64,000 nucleotides of DNA from an uncultured Clostridia bacterium (GCA_947625805.1 CANQPT010000001.1:51044-115043); one strand, 5' to 3'; numbered from the stretch's first letter, positions 25,995 to 37,926 are shown. Translations and numbers: made by a program. Notes: generated by a model from the sequence alone, not told the origin.

Positions 25995-27458
25995 ATGAAA
26001 AAGAATCTCGCAAGAAAATTCAAATACGGCAGTGCGTCTGTGGCATTTACGGTTGCCTTTATTGCCATCGTTGTCGCGCTGAACGCGGTTTTCACCGCCC
26101 TCTCAGCCCGCTACACGCTCTATCTTGACATGACCGCAAGCAACTATTACGACATTTCTTCCGCGACCGACGACCTACTTGCCGACGTAACCGACGAGAT
26201 CACGTTTATTTTCTGCACGCCGCTTGACAAGCTGGCGGACAACCGCTATTCCGCGATGATTTATACCCTTGCTCAGGCATATGCCGCGCGTTTTGACAAT
26301 ATCAGCATCGATTATCTCAATTGGCGTACCGAAACCGAGCGCACGCGGGGATATATGATCACCTCGGGCACCGTCATCGACGACCAGACGGTCATCGTCG
26401 ACTGCCCGGCGAGAAGCCAATACCGGCTCCTGCGCTGGGAATCCTTTATCACCAATGATTCGGACGGAAATGCTTACGGTTTCAGCGGAGAACTCAGATT
26501 CTCCTCTGCGATTCTGCAAATCACAGGTGACAATCCTACGGTAGCCTTTACGACCAACCATTCGGAGGATATTGAGGAAGCAAAAGCGCTGATGGAACTC
26601 TTTGAAACCGCAGGGTATCAGGTAAAAACCTTCGACCTGACGGCAGAGAGCATTCCGGAGGATGCTTCCATTGTGGTGGTCTTCCGCCCCCGCACCGATT
26701 TTCTCGGTATCGGAGCGAAAGAAAACGAGTTTGAAAAGCTGGACGCCTTTTCCGCCGATCTCGGTCATCTTATGGTCTTTTTATCCGCAAGCGTACCCGA
26801 TCTTCCTGAGTTGTACTCCTACCTGTACGAAAACTGGTATGTAGGTGTTGACCCGGTCACAGTGACCGATACCGCAGAAAATGCTCTGAGCGCCGACGGA
26901 CGTATCCTTTCCGCGACTTATTCCACGCTGGACACCCCCGGCGCATCGCTGACCACCACCCTGCGCTCCATGCAGTCCACCCCCCGTGCGATCATGGAAA
27001 ACGCGCTGGCTCTGTCCATCGCGCCCGGCGGAGACAATCCGGAGGGTGACGTAGTCACCTCCTATGTGCTGACCACCTCGGACGAGGCGGGCATTTACCG
27101 CAACGGGCAGGCAGACGGGACGGGCACCTACGGACTTATGACCCTCTCGTCCAGAGGCACCTACGTTGGAAACGACTACCTTGTCAATTATGTGCTGGTC
27201 AGCGCAAGCGCTGATTTTGCGGGCGCCGATTACCTCAACTCCCTGTCCTGTTCCAACAGCGATATTCTCTACTCCGCTATGATGGCTATGGGCAAGGATA
27301 AGGTTCCGGATCAGATTGACATCCGCAAATTCGAGGATTCCTCCCTTACCATCACCACAGCCCAGGCCAACAACTGGACCATGGTATTTGCGGTCGTTCT
27401 TCCCCTGCTCTTCTTGTGCGCGGGCTTTGTGGTCTATTTCAGGAGAAGACATCTATGA
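25995..27458 (+). CDS. GldG-family ABC-transporter auxiliary protein
   Basis: N- and C-terminal TM anchors flank a large extracytoplasmic domain. Sits in the canonical GldA-GldF-GldG order. Confidence 0.7.
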   Translation: MKKNLARKFKYGSASVAFTVAFIAIVVALNAVFTALSARYTLYLDMTASNYYDISSATDDLLADVTDEITFIFCTPLDKLADNRYSAMIYTLAQAYAARFDNISIDYLNWRTETERTRGYMITSGTVIDDQTVIVDCPARSQYRLLRWESFITNDSDGNAYGFSGELRFSSAILQITGDNPTVAFTTNHSEDIEEAKALMELFETAGYQVKTFDLTAESIPEDASIVVVFRPRTDFLGIGAKENEFEKLDAFSADLGHLMVFLSASVPDLPELYSYLYENWYVGVDPVTVTDTAENALSADGRILSATYSTLDTPGASLTTTLRSMQSTPRAIMENALALSIAPGGDNPEGDVVTSYVLTTSDEAGIYRNGQADGTGTYGLMTLSSRGTYVGNDYLVNYVLVSASADFAGADYLNSLSCSNSDILYSAMMAMGKDKVPDQIDIRKFEDSSLTITTAQANNWTMVFAVVLPLLFLCAGFVVYFRRRHL

Positions 27459-29083
27459 GCGCGCAGAAAAAAACCGGCTTATATAAGCAACTTGTCATCA
27501 CCTCGCTGATTGCACTTGCCGCTTTAGGACTGATTATTTCCTATTTCGCGGTCTTTTCCAAAATGCGGGATCCGAGTGAGCAGACAACCGACGGACACGT
27601 TCTGCTCCCCGGAGAAGTAGAGGGCCTGACCGACCGAAGTTTCTATATCTATCAACCCTTATCTTCCGACGATATTCAGAAGATCACGGTAACCAACCAA
27701 TACGGTACCTTTTCTCTGACCCACTCGGGCAGCGGAAGCAGTTTCTATATTGACGAGGACGAGAGCGCGACTTACGACGACGCCATGTTCGCAACGCTTG
27801 TGGTCGCAGTCGGAAATACCATCACAAGGAATCGGGTCTTTCCTGCCGACGATCATGGAACAGAGCCGGAAAGCGTGGACCTTGCCAACTACGGCTTGGA
27901 CGAGGCGCATATATCCGCACGTTTCACGGTGACGGCCCGCACAGGGGAAAGTTATACGATGCGCGTGGGGGATCCCGCCTCCAGCGGAGAGGGTTACTAC
28001 GTCTATTTAGAGGGCAGAAACGCCGTCTATATCTTGGGCAATGACATTGATAAAAGCGTGCTTGGAACTGTGGAAAACATTGTCACGCCGCTATTGGTCT
28101 ATCCCATGAGCACGCAGGATTTTCACACGGTGGATTATTTCTCCATATGGAAGCAGGGAGAGCATTTTCTCACCATTCACTATATGGAAACTGAGGAGGA
28201 GGCCGAGAAATATGCCGCGGTTTCCAACTATTTAATGACCTGCAATCAGCAGATCTCCTCGTTTGACGTGCTTTCATCCACCACGGAAAAACGTTTGGAC
28301 GCGCTACTTGCCATGGATCGTTTCCCCTATTCGTATACACCCGCGATCGATGAATTTTCAGGAGTGCTCGAAGATCTGGTCTATCTGCAGGGCGATCAAA
28401 CGGTAGCTATCCCGCAGTCCGGCCAAGAGAGCATCACTACGGAGCAACTGCTCGAATTTGGCATCACGCCGGAAAAGCCCGCCCTTGAGTTGTTTTTCAA
28501 CTACCAAGGCATCAACAACTACGTGGTCTTTTCCGAGAAAGACGCGGACGGCAATTACTATGCCTATTCACCGCTCTTTGATCTGATCGTGCGCATTTCG
28601 GAGGAAAAGCTGAACTTCCTCGATTGGAGTTTTTCCCAGTGGGTGGAATCCTCCTTTTTCCAAAAAAATATCAAGAATATCAAAAACATCGAACTGCAAA
28701 CGGACAGCATCCACTACAGCTTTGAATTAGAACACTCTGCAAGCGAAAGCGGAGCAGACGTCCTCACTGTACGGGAAAACGGGCAGGTGCTGGACACGGA
28801 CAATTTCCGTCAATTCTACAAGGTACTGCTCACCCGCGATTTCCGCGATTCTTATACCCAAGCGCCGCCTGACGAGAACACGCTTTATATGACCCTGCGC
28901 ATTACCACGGACGCAGGCGTTGTAACCGAATATCGCTTTTATCAGGCGTCTACCCAGCGTCTGTATATGACCATAGACGGACAAGGTGAATTTTACGTGC
29001 TATCCTCGGTCATGCGCGAACTGGAAAGCGATGCAATCAAGGTGGCAACCGGACAGGCGGTGGACGCATATGACCGCAAATAA
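27455..29083 (+). CDS. DUF4340-domain protein
   Basis: N-terminal TM and a beta-rich repeated body. The ATGA overlap with the GldG-like stop and the typical partnership with GldG-type ABC sets support the call. Confidence 0.6.
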   Translation: MSAQKKTGLYKQLVITSLIALAALGLIISYFAVFSKMRDPSEQTTDGHVLLPGEVEGLTDRSFYIYQPLSSDDIQKITVTNQYGTFSLTHSGSGSSFYIDEDESATYDDAMFATLVVAVGNTITRNRVFPADDHGTEPESVDLANYGLDEAHISARFTVTARTGESYTMRVGDPASSGEGYYVYLEGRNAVYILGNDIDKSVLGTVENIVTPLLVYPMSTQDFHTVDYFSIWKQGEHFLTIHYMETEEEAEKYAAVSNYLMTCNQQISSFDVLSSTTEKRLDALLAMDRFPYSYTPAIDEFSGVLEDLVYLQGDQTVAIPQSGQESITTEQLLEFGITPEKPALELFFNYQGINNYVVFSEKDADGNYYAYSPLFDLIVRISEEKLNFLDWSFSQWVESSFFQKNIKNIKNIELQTDSIHYSFELEHSASESGADVLTVRENGQVLDTDNFRQFYKVLLTRDFRDSYTQAPPDENTLYMTLRITTDAGVVTEYRFYQASTQRLYMTIDGQGEFYVLSSVMRELESDAIKVATGQAVDAYDRK

Positions 29084-30116
29084 CCGAAAAAACCGCACCC
29101 GCCTATGGTGGGTGCCGGTTGTCCTTTGCACGCTTTTGTTCTCTTCCTGCGGGCAGGACGGCTATTCCCGATATTACACCTTCAAGGAAACCGGAAATAC
29201 GGTATATGAAAACGGTCTTGCGGACAACGATATCATGCTCACGGTAGAAGGGTACGGTCTTTCATACAGCGAACTGCGCTACTACCTGCTCTCTGAGGCG
29301 GAAGTGCGCGGCGGTATCGCCGACATGAGCGCGGAAGAAGCACGGGAATGGGTGGATCAAACGGTCATTCCGGACCTGCTCTTTTCAAGGGCGGCCGCAT
29401 CCATCGCACAGGAGTACGAGGTAGATCTGACCAAGACCGAACGCAAGGCTCTTACCGATTATATCGCGCAGATGAAAGAGCAGGACAGCGACGGGTACCG
29501 GCAGTTGTTAAGCGAGCGTTTTCTGACCGACGATCTGTATGCGTTTATCGCTTTACAGGATCAACTGATATCAAAACTTCTTTCCTACTACACTGATGAA
29601 GCCACCTCTCCGATACAGGCAAGTGATCAGGTGATAGAGGCCTGCGCGGAAAACGGGCAAATGATCCATATCAAGCACATTTTGATCAAAAACGATGCAG
29701 GAGAGGACCCGGAGGAAAACCGCGCCCTTGCCGAACGCCTGCGGAAAGAACTTGATGCGGGCGCGGACTTTGACCAACTGATGCAGGAGTATTCGGAAGA
29801 TCCGGAATCGGAAAAAGAACCGGACGGCTACTATATCTTCCGGTACGAGATGGATCCGGCCTTTGAGCAAGCGGCCTTTGCCCTCGCCGAAGGGCAACTC
29901 AGCGCGGTCACCCGGGTGTCGGCCGATTCCTACACGGGATATCACATTATTCTGCGTCAGGCCATTGATGAGAATTTTGTGAGTGAGAATATCAATACAC
30001 TGCGCACCAATTATATGACGAGTTGTTTCTACCGCGACCTGCAAACGCGCGCGCAACAACTGACAGTGGAGTACAGCGAGCAATATCAAGCGCTCGACCT
30101 TTCCGGAGGATTTTGA
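29070..30116 (+). CDS. PpiC-type peptidyl-prolyl isomerase lipoprotein (PrsA/SurA-like)
   Basis: Lipobox LLFSSCG after a basic N-terminus, and a parvulin core (IHIKHILIK...GYYIF...GYHIILRQ). Confidence 0.8.
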   Translation: MTANNRKNRTRLWWVPVVLCTLLFSSCGQDGYSRYYTFKETGNTVYENGLADNDIMLTVEGYGLSYSELRYYLLSEAEVRGGIADMSAEEAREWVDQTVIPDLLFSRAAASIAQEYEVDLTKTERKALTDYIAQMKEQDSDGYRQLLSERFLTDDLYAFIALQDQLISKLLSYYTDEATSPIQASDQVIEACAENGQMIHIKHILIKNDAGEDPEENRALAERLRKELDAGADFDQLMQEYSEDPESEKEPDGYYIFRYEMDPAFEQAAFALAEGQLSAVTRVSADSYTGYHIILRQAIDENFVSENINTLRTNYMTSCFYRDLQTRAQQLTVEYSEQYQALDLSGGF

Positions 30117-30119
30117 AAC

Positions 30120-31100
30120 ATGAACACCTATCAACTGGAAAATGAATTTCTGCGCGTTCAGGCCATCGACTACGGCGCGCGCATCACAAGCATATACCTG
30201 AAAGAAAAAGGGATCGACGTCGCCGTAGGGTGCGATAGACCCGAGGACTACCTGCTGGACGCCGGAGCCAACTTCGGCGCGGCCATCGGGCGATATGCAA
30301 ACCGGATCTCCGGAGCGCGTTTTTCGCTGAACGGCAAGGAATACCGTCTTCCGCAAAACGACGGAGAAAACTGTCTGCACGGCGGCCGCGGCTTTGCATT
30401 CCGATATTTTGACTGCGCCAAAACCGCACCCGACCGCCTGTCCTGCACCTATACTGCGGCCGATATGGAAGAGGGATTTCCCGGTGAGATGAAGGTACGC
30501 ATAGAGTATATTCTTGACGGCGCGTCCTTGCGTATCCGGTATCACGCCTCCTGCAATCAGGACACAGTATGCAACCTGACCAATCACAGTTATTTCAACC
30601 TGAACGGCGGCGGGACAGTTCTTGACCATGAATTGCAGATCGACGCGGACTTCTACCAGCCCATCGGGACGGACGGTGTTTCGTCGCAAGCGCCCGCGCC
30701 GGTGGAAGGCACGCCCTTTGATTTCCGCTCGACAGCTACGGTCGGCGCCCGCATTGACAAAGACCACCCGCAACTGACGGCAGGGACGGGATATGACCAT
30801 AATTTCGTGTTAAACGGCACGGGTTTTCGCACAGTGGCAACCCTCTCTTCACAGCAAAGCGGCATTCGGATGCACGTGGTCACAGACCTGCCCGGAATAC
30901 AGTTTTATTCCGGCAATTTCATGAACTCCCCCGCCCCGCTGTTGCGCGGCGGCAGACCGCAAAGGCCGCGAGAGGGACTGTGTCTGGAAACGCAGTTGTT
31001 CCCCGATTCTCCCAACCATCCGGAATATCCGGACTGTGTCTTGCAAAAAAACGAGAATTTTTTCTCTGAAACCGCTTACGTCTTTGAGATTTTCAGATAA
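30120..31100 (+). CDS. galM: aldose 1-epimerase (galactose mutarotase)
   Basis: GRYANRI, HGG and NHSYFNL motifs. 326 aa. Confidence 0.85.
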   Translation: MNTYQLENEFLRVQAIDYGARITSIYLKEKGIDVAVGCDRPEDYLLDAGANFGAAIGRYANRISGARFSLNGKEYRLPQNDGENCLHGGRGFAFRYFDCAKTAPDRLSCTYTAADMEEGFPGEMKVRIEYILDGASLRIRYHASCNQDTVCNLTNHSYFNLNGGGTVLDHELQIDADFYQPIGTDGVSSQAPAPVEGTPFDFRSTATVGARIDKDHPQLTAGTGYDHNFVLNGTGFRTVATLSSQQSGIRMHVVTDLPGIQFYSGNFMNSPAPLLRGGRPQRPREGLCLETQLFPDSPNHPEYPDCVLQKNENFFSETAYVFEIFR

Positions 31101-31177
31101 TTTTTTTCTAACCGTCATACAATCGTCACATGAACGGGCTATACTATGGCCACAGTTCAGAAACGGAGGCAATTATC

Positions 31178-32626
<1,449 letters not shown>

Positions 32627-32633
32627 CAGAAAA

Positions 32634-32656
32634 AAGGGGCGTCAGCCCCTTCTTCT
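32634..32656 (+). terminator. weak terminator or attenuator after htrA
   Basis: aaggggc-gtca-gcccctt hairpin followed by cttct. Confidence 0.4.
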
Positions 32657-32672
32657 GTATACAGGGAGAAAC

Positions 32673-33347
32673 ATGGGATACCATATTTTAATCGTAGACG
32701 ATGAAGAAAAAATCCGCACCTTGGTGCGCAAGTACGCCAACTTTGAAGGGCACGACGTGACCGAGGCGGCAGACGGAATGCAAGCGGTAGAACTCTGCCG
32801 TTCCCATTCCTTTGATATCGTGATCTTAGATATTATGATGCCAAATCTGGACGGACTGTCGGCCTGCAAAAAGATCAAAGAACTCGCTGACATACCGGTG
32901 ATCATTCTCTCGGCACGGGGTGAAGAATACGATAAGATCAGCGGTTTTGAATTGGGTGTGGACGACTATGTAGTCAAGCCTTTCTCCCCCAAAGAACTGA
33001 TGCTTCGGGTGGAAGCGGTCATGAAACGCACCCTGAAAAAAAAGCCGGAAAATCAGGTGGTCACCATCGGCGGACTGTGTGCGGACGTCAGTGCCCGCAG
33101 GATTACCATCGACGGTCGTGACGTGCCCATGTCACCCAAGGAATACGACCTGTTTTTCTACCTTTTGAAAAACAGAAATATCGCTCTTTCCCGTGAGAAA
33201 CTGATCTGCGAGGTCTGGGGCTACGATTTCTACGGGGACGACCGTACGCTGGATACGCACATCAAACTGCTGCGCAAATCCTTGGGTGAGTACAGCTCTC
33301 TGATCGTCACACTGCGCGGCGTGGGGTACCGTTTTGAAGACCGTTGA
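32673..33347 (+). CDS. OmpR-family response regulator
   Basis: Receiver domain (ILIVDDE..D.MMP) plus a winged-helix C-terminus (LTPKEYDLF-like, VRGVGYRF). Confidence 0.9.
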   Translation: MGYHILIVDDEEKIRTLVRKYANFEGHDVTEAADGMQAVELCRSHSFDIVILDIMMPNLDGLSACKKIKELADIPVIILSARGEEYDKISGFELGVDDYVVKPFSPKELMLRVEAVMKRTLKKKPENQVVTIGGLCADVSARRITIDGRDVPMSPKEYDLFFYLLKNRNIALSREKLICEVWGYDFYGDDRTLDTHIKLLRKSLGEYSSLIVTLRGVGYRFEDR

Positions 33348-34752
33348 TCGCCGGACGGGGGTCCGGTTTCGTATGCTGGCCTGCCTGTTTGCGTTTACCG
33401 CTTTGGCGGTGCTCATTCTGTGGCTTACGCAAAACGTATTTTTGGAGGACGTCTACAAGTCCATCAAGACCTCTGAACTCAAGCGGGCAGGTACAAAGAT
33501 CGCATCCGCCGTCGCACAGGAAGACTTTGCGGATGAGGTGGAAAAGATCGCCGAAGAATACGGCATTTGCGTGATCGTGCTTTCGGAAAACGGATCCTTT
33601 GCTCCTATCTCGGTTGACCTCACACGGGACTGCGTCATTCACCACTCCAATTCATCGGTACTGACGCTGTTATACAATCGCGCACAGAAGGAAGAGGACG
33701 GAATACTCTACTTTTCAGAGGACGGCTATCAGTCAGACGGCCGTGAGGCGCAGGCACAGGGCATCGTGCTTGCAAAGGCCGTCCCCTACCATAACGACAC
33801 GGCAAGAATCCTGCTCAATTCCGGCATTGCTCCGGTCAGTGCGACCGTACACACCCTCAACCGCATTCTGATCTACGTCACGATTGCGCTGATCGCGCTT
33901 TCCGTTTTGCTTGCGTTTCTGATGTCCGGAATCATTGCAAGACCGATCATGGCCATTACAAAGCAAGCGGAACGTCTTGCAGAAGGGCAGTATGATGCAC
34001 AGTTCCGGCGGGGAGGATATGCCGAGATCGACTCTCTCGCGCTAACCCTTGACCGGGCGCAGACTGAATTATCCAAAGTCGACCGCCTGCAGAAAGAACT
34101 GATTGCAAACATCTCCCACGATCTTCGCACACCTCTGACCATGATCTCCGGTTACAGTCAAATCATGCGGGATATTCCGGGGGAAAATACGCCGGAAAAC
34201 CTGCAGATCATCATCGACGAAACCGAACGGTTGACCTCGCTGGTGAACGACGTGCTGGACATCTCCAGACTGCACTCGGGAGCGCTTCGCTTTGAGAAAA
34301 AACGTCTGTGTCTTACAGATTTGATTTCCCGCGCCATGCAGCGGTATGCCAAATTCGCGGCAGGCGGTTATGATATTGTCTTTGAAAAGGGCGAGGAGTT
34401 GTATATCGACGGAGACGAGAACCGGGTTTTACAGGTCATCTATAATCTTGTGAACAACGCGGTCACCTATACAGGCGAGGACAAGCGAGTGCTGGTCAGC
34501 CTCACCCGACAGGAACAGGCGGCTCGCCTTTCGGTCACCGATACCGGCGACGGCATTCCGGCGGAACAACTTCAGGACATCTGGGAGCGGTACTACAAGG
34601 CGGACGAAGTACACAAACGCTCGGCCATCGGCACAGGACTCGGGCTGTCGATCGTCCGTGAGATCATGAAGGAGCACGGCGGACATTACGGCGTGACCAG
34701 CACGATCGGCGTAGGCAGCACTTTCTGGGTCGACTTCCCGCTTGCACAATAG
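33334..34752 (+). CDS. sensor histidine kinase
   Basis: Two TM helices, a HAMP domain, the H-box ISHDLRTPL, and the N/G boxes (NLVNNAV, DTGDGI, GTGLGLSIV). The start is uncertain: TTG at 33334 or ATG at 33373. Confidence 0.85.
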   Translation: MKTVDRRTGVRFRMLACLFAFTALAVLILWLTQNVFLEDVYKSIKTSELKRAGTKIASAVAQEDFADEVEKIAEEYGICVIVLSENGSFAPISVDLTRDCVIHHSNSSVLTLLYNRAQKEEDGILYFSEDGYQSDGREAQAQGIVLAKAVPYHNDTARILLNSGIAPVSATVHTLNRILIYVTIALIALSVLLAFLMSGIIARPIMAITKQAERLAEGQYDAQFRRGGYAEIDSLALTLDRAQTELSKVDRLQKELIANISHDLRTPLTMISGYSQIMRDIPGENTPENLQIIIDETERLTSLVNDVLDISRLHSGALRFEKKRLCLTDLISRAMQRYAKFAAGGYDIVFEKGEELYIDGDENRVLQVIYNLVNNAVTYTGEDKRVLVSLTRQEQAARLSVTDTGDGIPAEQLQDIWERYYKADEVHKRSAIGTGLGLSIVREIMKEHGGHYGVTSTIGVGSTFWVDFPLAQ

Positions 34753-34753
34753 C

Positions 34754-34787
34754 AAAAGGCCTTCCCCCTACGGGAAAGGCCTTTTTT
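34754..34787. terminator. bidirectional terminator
   Basis: aaaaggccttccc / gggaaaggcctttt stem with flanking A/T runs, between convergent genes. Confidence 0.7.
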
Positions 34788-34793
34788 AGAAAA

Positions 34794-35597
34794 TCAATTC
34801 AAATACTGTACGACCGCACAGCCGATCACAACAAGAAGAAGAGAGGCTGTGAGCGTAAAGATCATCGCCGGTTTTCCCGGCTTTTTTTGCGCGGTAAACC
34901 ACCAGTCGGGAAGCAGTAACAAAGCCGCGACGCCAACAAACAAAAGCGCCATTCCGAGGATCTGCGCACCGCCCATCATTGCGCCGTAGGGTCTGCCCGC
35001 GCCCTGTTCAAAATAGAGAAGCGCAAAGGAAAATGCCCGATAAAAGAAGAGAAATGCCGCGCCCGCCGATCGTGCCCGATTACGCAGGAAAAACGCCGTA
35101 AGAAAACATCCAAACACAAAATCGGCGGCAAAGAGCGAAAAAGAAAGGGAACAAAGCGCAAAGACCGCGCCTCCCGCAATCACACGGACTATAGCAGGAT
35201 ATCCCGCCGTCTGATCCGGCACACAGCGCACAGCGAGAAACAACAGTGCTCCGCTGAGCAGGAAAGCCAGCAAAAAGAGCGAAAAATGCGCACCCGAAAA
35301 GCGGACAAACAGATTGGCGCGCAGGCCGAAGCCGGGCGAAAGAAAGCCGGGTACAAAGGACAGCGGCACGCACAAAAGCAGTACCCCCGAAAAAGAAAAG
35401 ACGCTGAAGAAAAACGGCGAACGCCCCGGTCCCTGCGCCGGTTTTTTCACTTGTTTTGCGCGCAAAAAGCCAAATGCCGCACAGCACACGGCAAGGGAGA
35501 GTAGTTCTCCCGTTATTCCGATGAGCGCACCGCCCACCAAGGACAAAAAGATCCTTGCAAGCAGAGCGAACAGTACATAGCGAAGGGAATTTTTCAT
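34794..35597 (-). CDS. hypothetical polytopic membrane protein
   Basis: F/L/A-rich ORF with about 8 TM segments and no recognised motif. No clear SD for either candidate start (TTG 35612 or ATG 35597). Confidence 0.5.
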   Translation of the reverse strand: MKNSLRYVLFALLARIFLSLVGGALIGITGELLSLAVCCAAFGFLRAKQVKKPAQGPGRSPFFFSVFSFSGVLLLCVPLSFVPGFLSPGFGLRANLFVRFSGAHFSLFLLAFLLSGALLFLAVRCVPDQTAGYPAIVRVIAGGAVFALCSLSFSLFAADFVFGCFLTAFFLRNRARSAGAAFLFFYRAFSFALLYFEQGAGRPYGAMMGGAQILGMALLFVGVAALLLLPDWWFTAQKKPGKPAMIFTLTASLLLVVIGCAVVQYLN

Positions 35598-35617
35598 GTC
35601 AAACACTTGCAAAACGG

Positions 35618-35644
35618 AAAGGGCCTACCGCCGGTAAGCCCTTT
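35618..35644 (-). terminator. terminator after rplA
   Basis: gggcctacc / ggtaagccc hairpin; on the minus-strand RNA it is followed by CCGUUUUG. Confidence 0.5.
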
Positions 35645-35654
35645 TTGGTTACTG

Positions 35655-36344
35655 TTACGATAATTTTGCGCTGTTGATCTTGATACCGGGACCCATCGTC
35701 GATGCGATGACACAACTCTTGATATACTGCCCTTTTGCGGCGGCAGGTCTTGCCTTGATGATCGCGCCCATTAAAGCCGAGAAGTTCTCGTCGAGTTTTT
35801 CCGGGCCGAACGAAGCCTTGCCGATCGGGCAGTGGATGATGTTGGTCTTATCAAGACGGTACTCGATCTTACCGGCCTTTGCCTCGGTTACAGCCTTGGC
35901 AACGTCCATGGTGACTGTACCTGCCTTGGGGTTCGGCATAAGTCCTTTCGGACCCAGCACCTTACCCAGACGGCCGACCACGCCCATCATATCGGGAGTT
36001 GCGATGATGATATCAAACTCAAACCAGTTTTCTTTCTGGATCTTCTCCATGTAGTCTTCTGCGCCCACATAGTCAGAACCGGCTTCCTCAGCCTCTTTTA
36101 CCTTGTCGCCCTTGGCAAAAACAAGGGTACGCACGGTTTTACCCGTTCCGTTGGGAAGAACAACCGCGCCGCGTACCTGCTGGTCAGCGTGACGGGAATC
36201 AACGCCCAGGCGGACGTGAATCTCAATGGTTTCATCAAATTTTGCCTTAGCGGTCTGGCAAACCAGCGCCAGAGCCTCGGAAGGATCGTACAGTTTTGCT
36301 TTGTCAAGCAACTGAATGCTATCTGAATACTTCTTTCCTGACAT
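35655..36344 (-). CDS. rplA: 50S ribosomal protein L1
   Basis: Strongly conserved L1 sequence. Start at MSGKKY with an AAGGAGGGG RBS. Confidence 0.95.
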   Translation of the reverse strand: MSGKKYSDSIQLLDKAKLYDPSEALALVCQTAKAKFDETIEIHVRLGVDSRHADQQVRGAVVLPNGTGKTVRTLVFAKGDKVKEAEEAGSDYVGAEDYMEKIQKENWFEFDIIIATPDMMGVVGRLGKVLGPKGLMPNPKAGTVTMDVAKAVTEAKAGKIEYRLDKTNIIHCPIGKASFGPEKLDENFSALMGAIIKARPAAAKGQYIKSCVIASTMGPGIKINSAKLS

Positions 36345-36357
36345 ACTCTTCCCCTCC

Positions 36358-36783
36358 TTACTCTTCAACCGTTACGCCCATACTGCGGGCGGTTCCGGCA
36401 ACCATGCTCATAGCGGCCTCAATCGAGCCTGCGTTCAAATCGGGCATTTTGGTTTCAGCAATCTGCTTGACCTGATCTTTGGACAGCGAAGCGACCTTGG
36501 TCTTGTTCGGTGTGCCCGAGCCGGACTCAATGCCCGCCGCTTTCTTGATCAGAACAGCCGCCGGGGGGGTCTTGGTGATAAACGAGAAAGAACGGTCGGC
36601 ATACACAGTGATAACCACGGGAATGATATAACCCATCTGATTCTTGGTTCTCTCGTTAAATTCCTTTGTGAAGTTCGGAATGGATACGCCGTACTGACCG
36701 AGTGCCGGTCCTACGGGCGGTGCGGGCGTTGCTTTGCCCGCCTCAAGCTGCAGCTTGATGTAGCCTTGTATTTTCTTTGCCAT
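36358..36783 (-). CDS. rplK: 50S ribosomal protein L11
   Basis: [30 protein letters not shown]. Confidence 0.97.
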   Translation of the reverse strand: MAKKIQGYIKLQLEAGKATPAPPVGPALGQYGVSIPNFTKEFNERTKNQMGYIIPVVITVYADRSFSFITKTPPAAVLIKKAAGIESGSGTPNKTKVASLSKDQVKQIAETKMPDLNAGSIEAAMSMVAGTARSMGVTVEE

Positions 36784-36870
36784 AATTTCATACCTCCTAT
36801 GTGGTTGTAAGGCGGGAGCCGATCAATTTACTCCCTCCCACATTTGTGCTTTCGCACAAGGCTAAAATAC

Positions 36871-37413
36871 TCAGTCTTCGATCTTCTCGACGTCCTCGGC
36901 GGAAAGTTCCACGGGAGTTTCGCGGCCGAACATGGACGCGAGTACGTTGATCTTCTTTTTATCCTCGGAAATGGACTGAACAGTTCCGGTAAATCCGGCA
37001 AGTGCGCCGGACAGGATCTTGACGCTGTCGCCCACATCGTAACCGATGGAAACCACCCGGGTCTCAATGCCGATGGCGGCAACCTCTTCGTCCGATAGCG
37101 GGACCGGACGCGATCCCGGGCCTACAAAGCCCGTGACGCCCGTAATATTGCGCACCACATGCCATGTGGCATCGGTCATGCACATTTTCACGAGCACGTA
37201 ACTGGGGAAAATCTTGGTTTCCACATCTTTGGTCTCCTCGCCGTTTCCCTCTGTGGTGATTTCCACCGGGATACGCACCTCCATGATCATGTCATGCAGT
37301 CCGCGATTCTCGACGATCTTCTCCAAATTTGTTTTCACCTTATTTTCATACCCGGAGTATGTGTGCACCACATACCATCTCGGACCTAAGTTGGTAAAAC
37401 TCTCTTCGTTCAT
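36871..37413 (-). CDS. nusG: transcription termination/antitermination factor NusG
   Basis: NGN domain (WYVVHTYSGYE) and KOW domain (GDSVKILSGALAGFTGTV). Confidence 0.95.
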   Translation of the reverse strand: MNEESFTNLGPRWYVVHTYSGYENKVKTNLEKIVENRGLHDMIMEVRIPVEITTEGNGEETKDVETKIFPSYVLVKMCMTDATWHVVRNITGVTGFVGPGSRPVPLSDEEVAAIGIETRVVSIGYDVGDSVKILSGALAGFTGTVQSISEDKKKINVLASMFGRETPVELSAEDVEKIED

Positions 37414-37422
37414 GGGTTCCCC

Positions 37423-37641
37423 TTACGCGAGAATTCCGCCCAACAGCGAGATCAGGTGATAGAACACATAATCAAGGCCGCCGATTACGATTGCGAGCAC
37501 AACGACCACTGCGATAACCACAGCGGAACTTTTCAGTGTCTGCTCACGGCTATACCAAGTGATCTTCTTGAGTTCGCTTTTGTAGTCCTTGAAAAATTTT
37601 TTGATCCTTCCGAAAAAGGAAAGTTTTTTCTTCTCTGCCAT
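37423..37641 (-). CDS. secE: preprotein translocase subunit SecE
   Basis: 72 aa with a single C-terminal TM and the ELKKITW motif. Sits between rpmG and nusG. Confidence 0.9.
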   Translation of the reverse strand: MAEKKKLSFFGRIKKFFKDYKSELKKITWYSREQTLKSSAVVIAVVVVLAIVIGGLDYVFYHLISLLGGILA

Positions 37642-37650
37642 GGCTCCTCC

Positions 37651-37800
37651 TTACTTGGTTTCCTTGTGGAGGGTGTGCTTACGGCAGAAACGACAGTACT
37701 TCATCATTTCCAAACGATCGGGATCGTTTTTCTTGTTCTTTTTCGTGTCGTAATTCCGCTGTTTGCATTCGCCGCAGGCCAGTGTGATTTTGACTCTCAT
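37651..37800 (-). CDS. rpmG: 50S ribosomal protein L33
   Basis: 49 aa: [17 protein letters not shown]...[14 protein letters not shown]. An AGGAGG RBS is present. The ORF-track N-terminal extension was trimmed. Confidence 0.93.
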   Translation of the reverse strand: MRVKITLACGECKQRNYDTKKNKKNDPDRLEMMKYCRFCRKHTLHKETK

Positions 37801-37897
37801 TTCAATACCTCCTGATTTGATACGGACAGACATCCTTATATCTCCCTCTGAGCGGGAAGTGCACGACGAAAAAACGCCTCCCGAACGAGGTATAACG

Positions 37898-37926
37898 ATT
37901 ATACCACGTCCGGGAGCGTATGTCAA
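37898..37926 (-). promoter_or_regulatory. consensus sigma-A promoter, TTGACA-17 nt-TATAAT, for rpmG-secE-nusG
   Basis: On the minus strand, -35 at 37921-37926 and -10 at 37898-37903. Confidence 0.75.

Noticed and set aside
29571-30800. 409-aa ORF on the minus strand
   Set aside because: It is antisense to the prsA-like and galM genes, which both have clear family motifs.
36784-36870. L1-binding autoregulatory leader upstream of rplK (hairpins UUGUGC-GAAA-GCACAA and GGGAG...CUCCC)
   Set aside because: A leader here is plausible by position, but I cannot match it to the L1 recognition motif by eye. It is left unannotated pending a covariance-model scan.
37801-37897. Possible attenuator (CCUC-loop-GAGG plus U6) and an in-frame upstream ATG in the rpmG leader
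   Set aside because: The stem is only 4 bp. The upstream ATG has no usable RBS, whereas MRVKITL has AGGAGG at ideal spacing.
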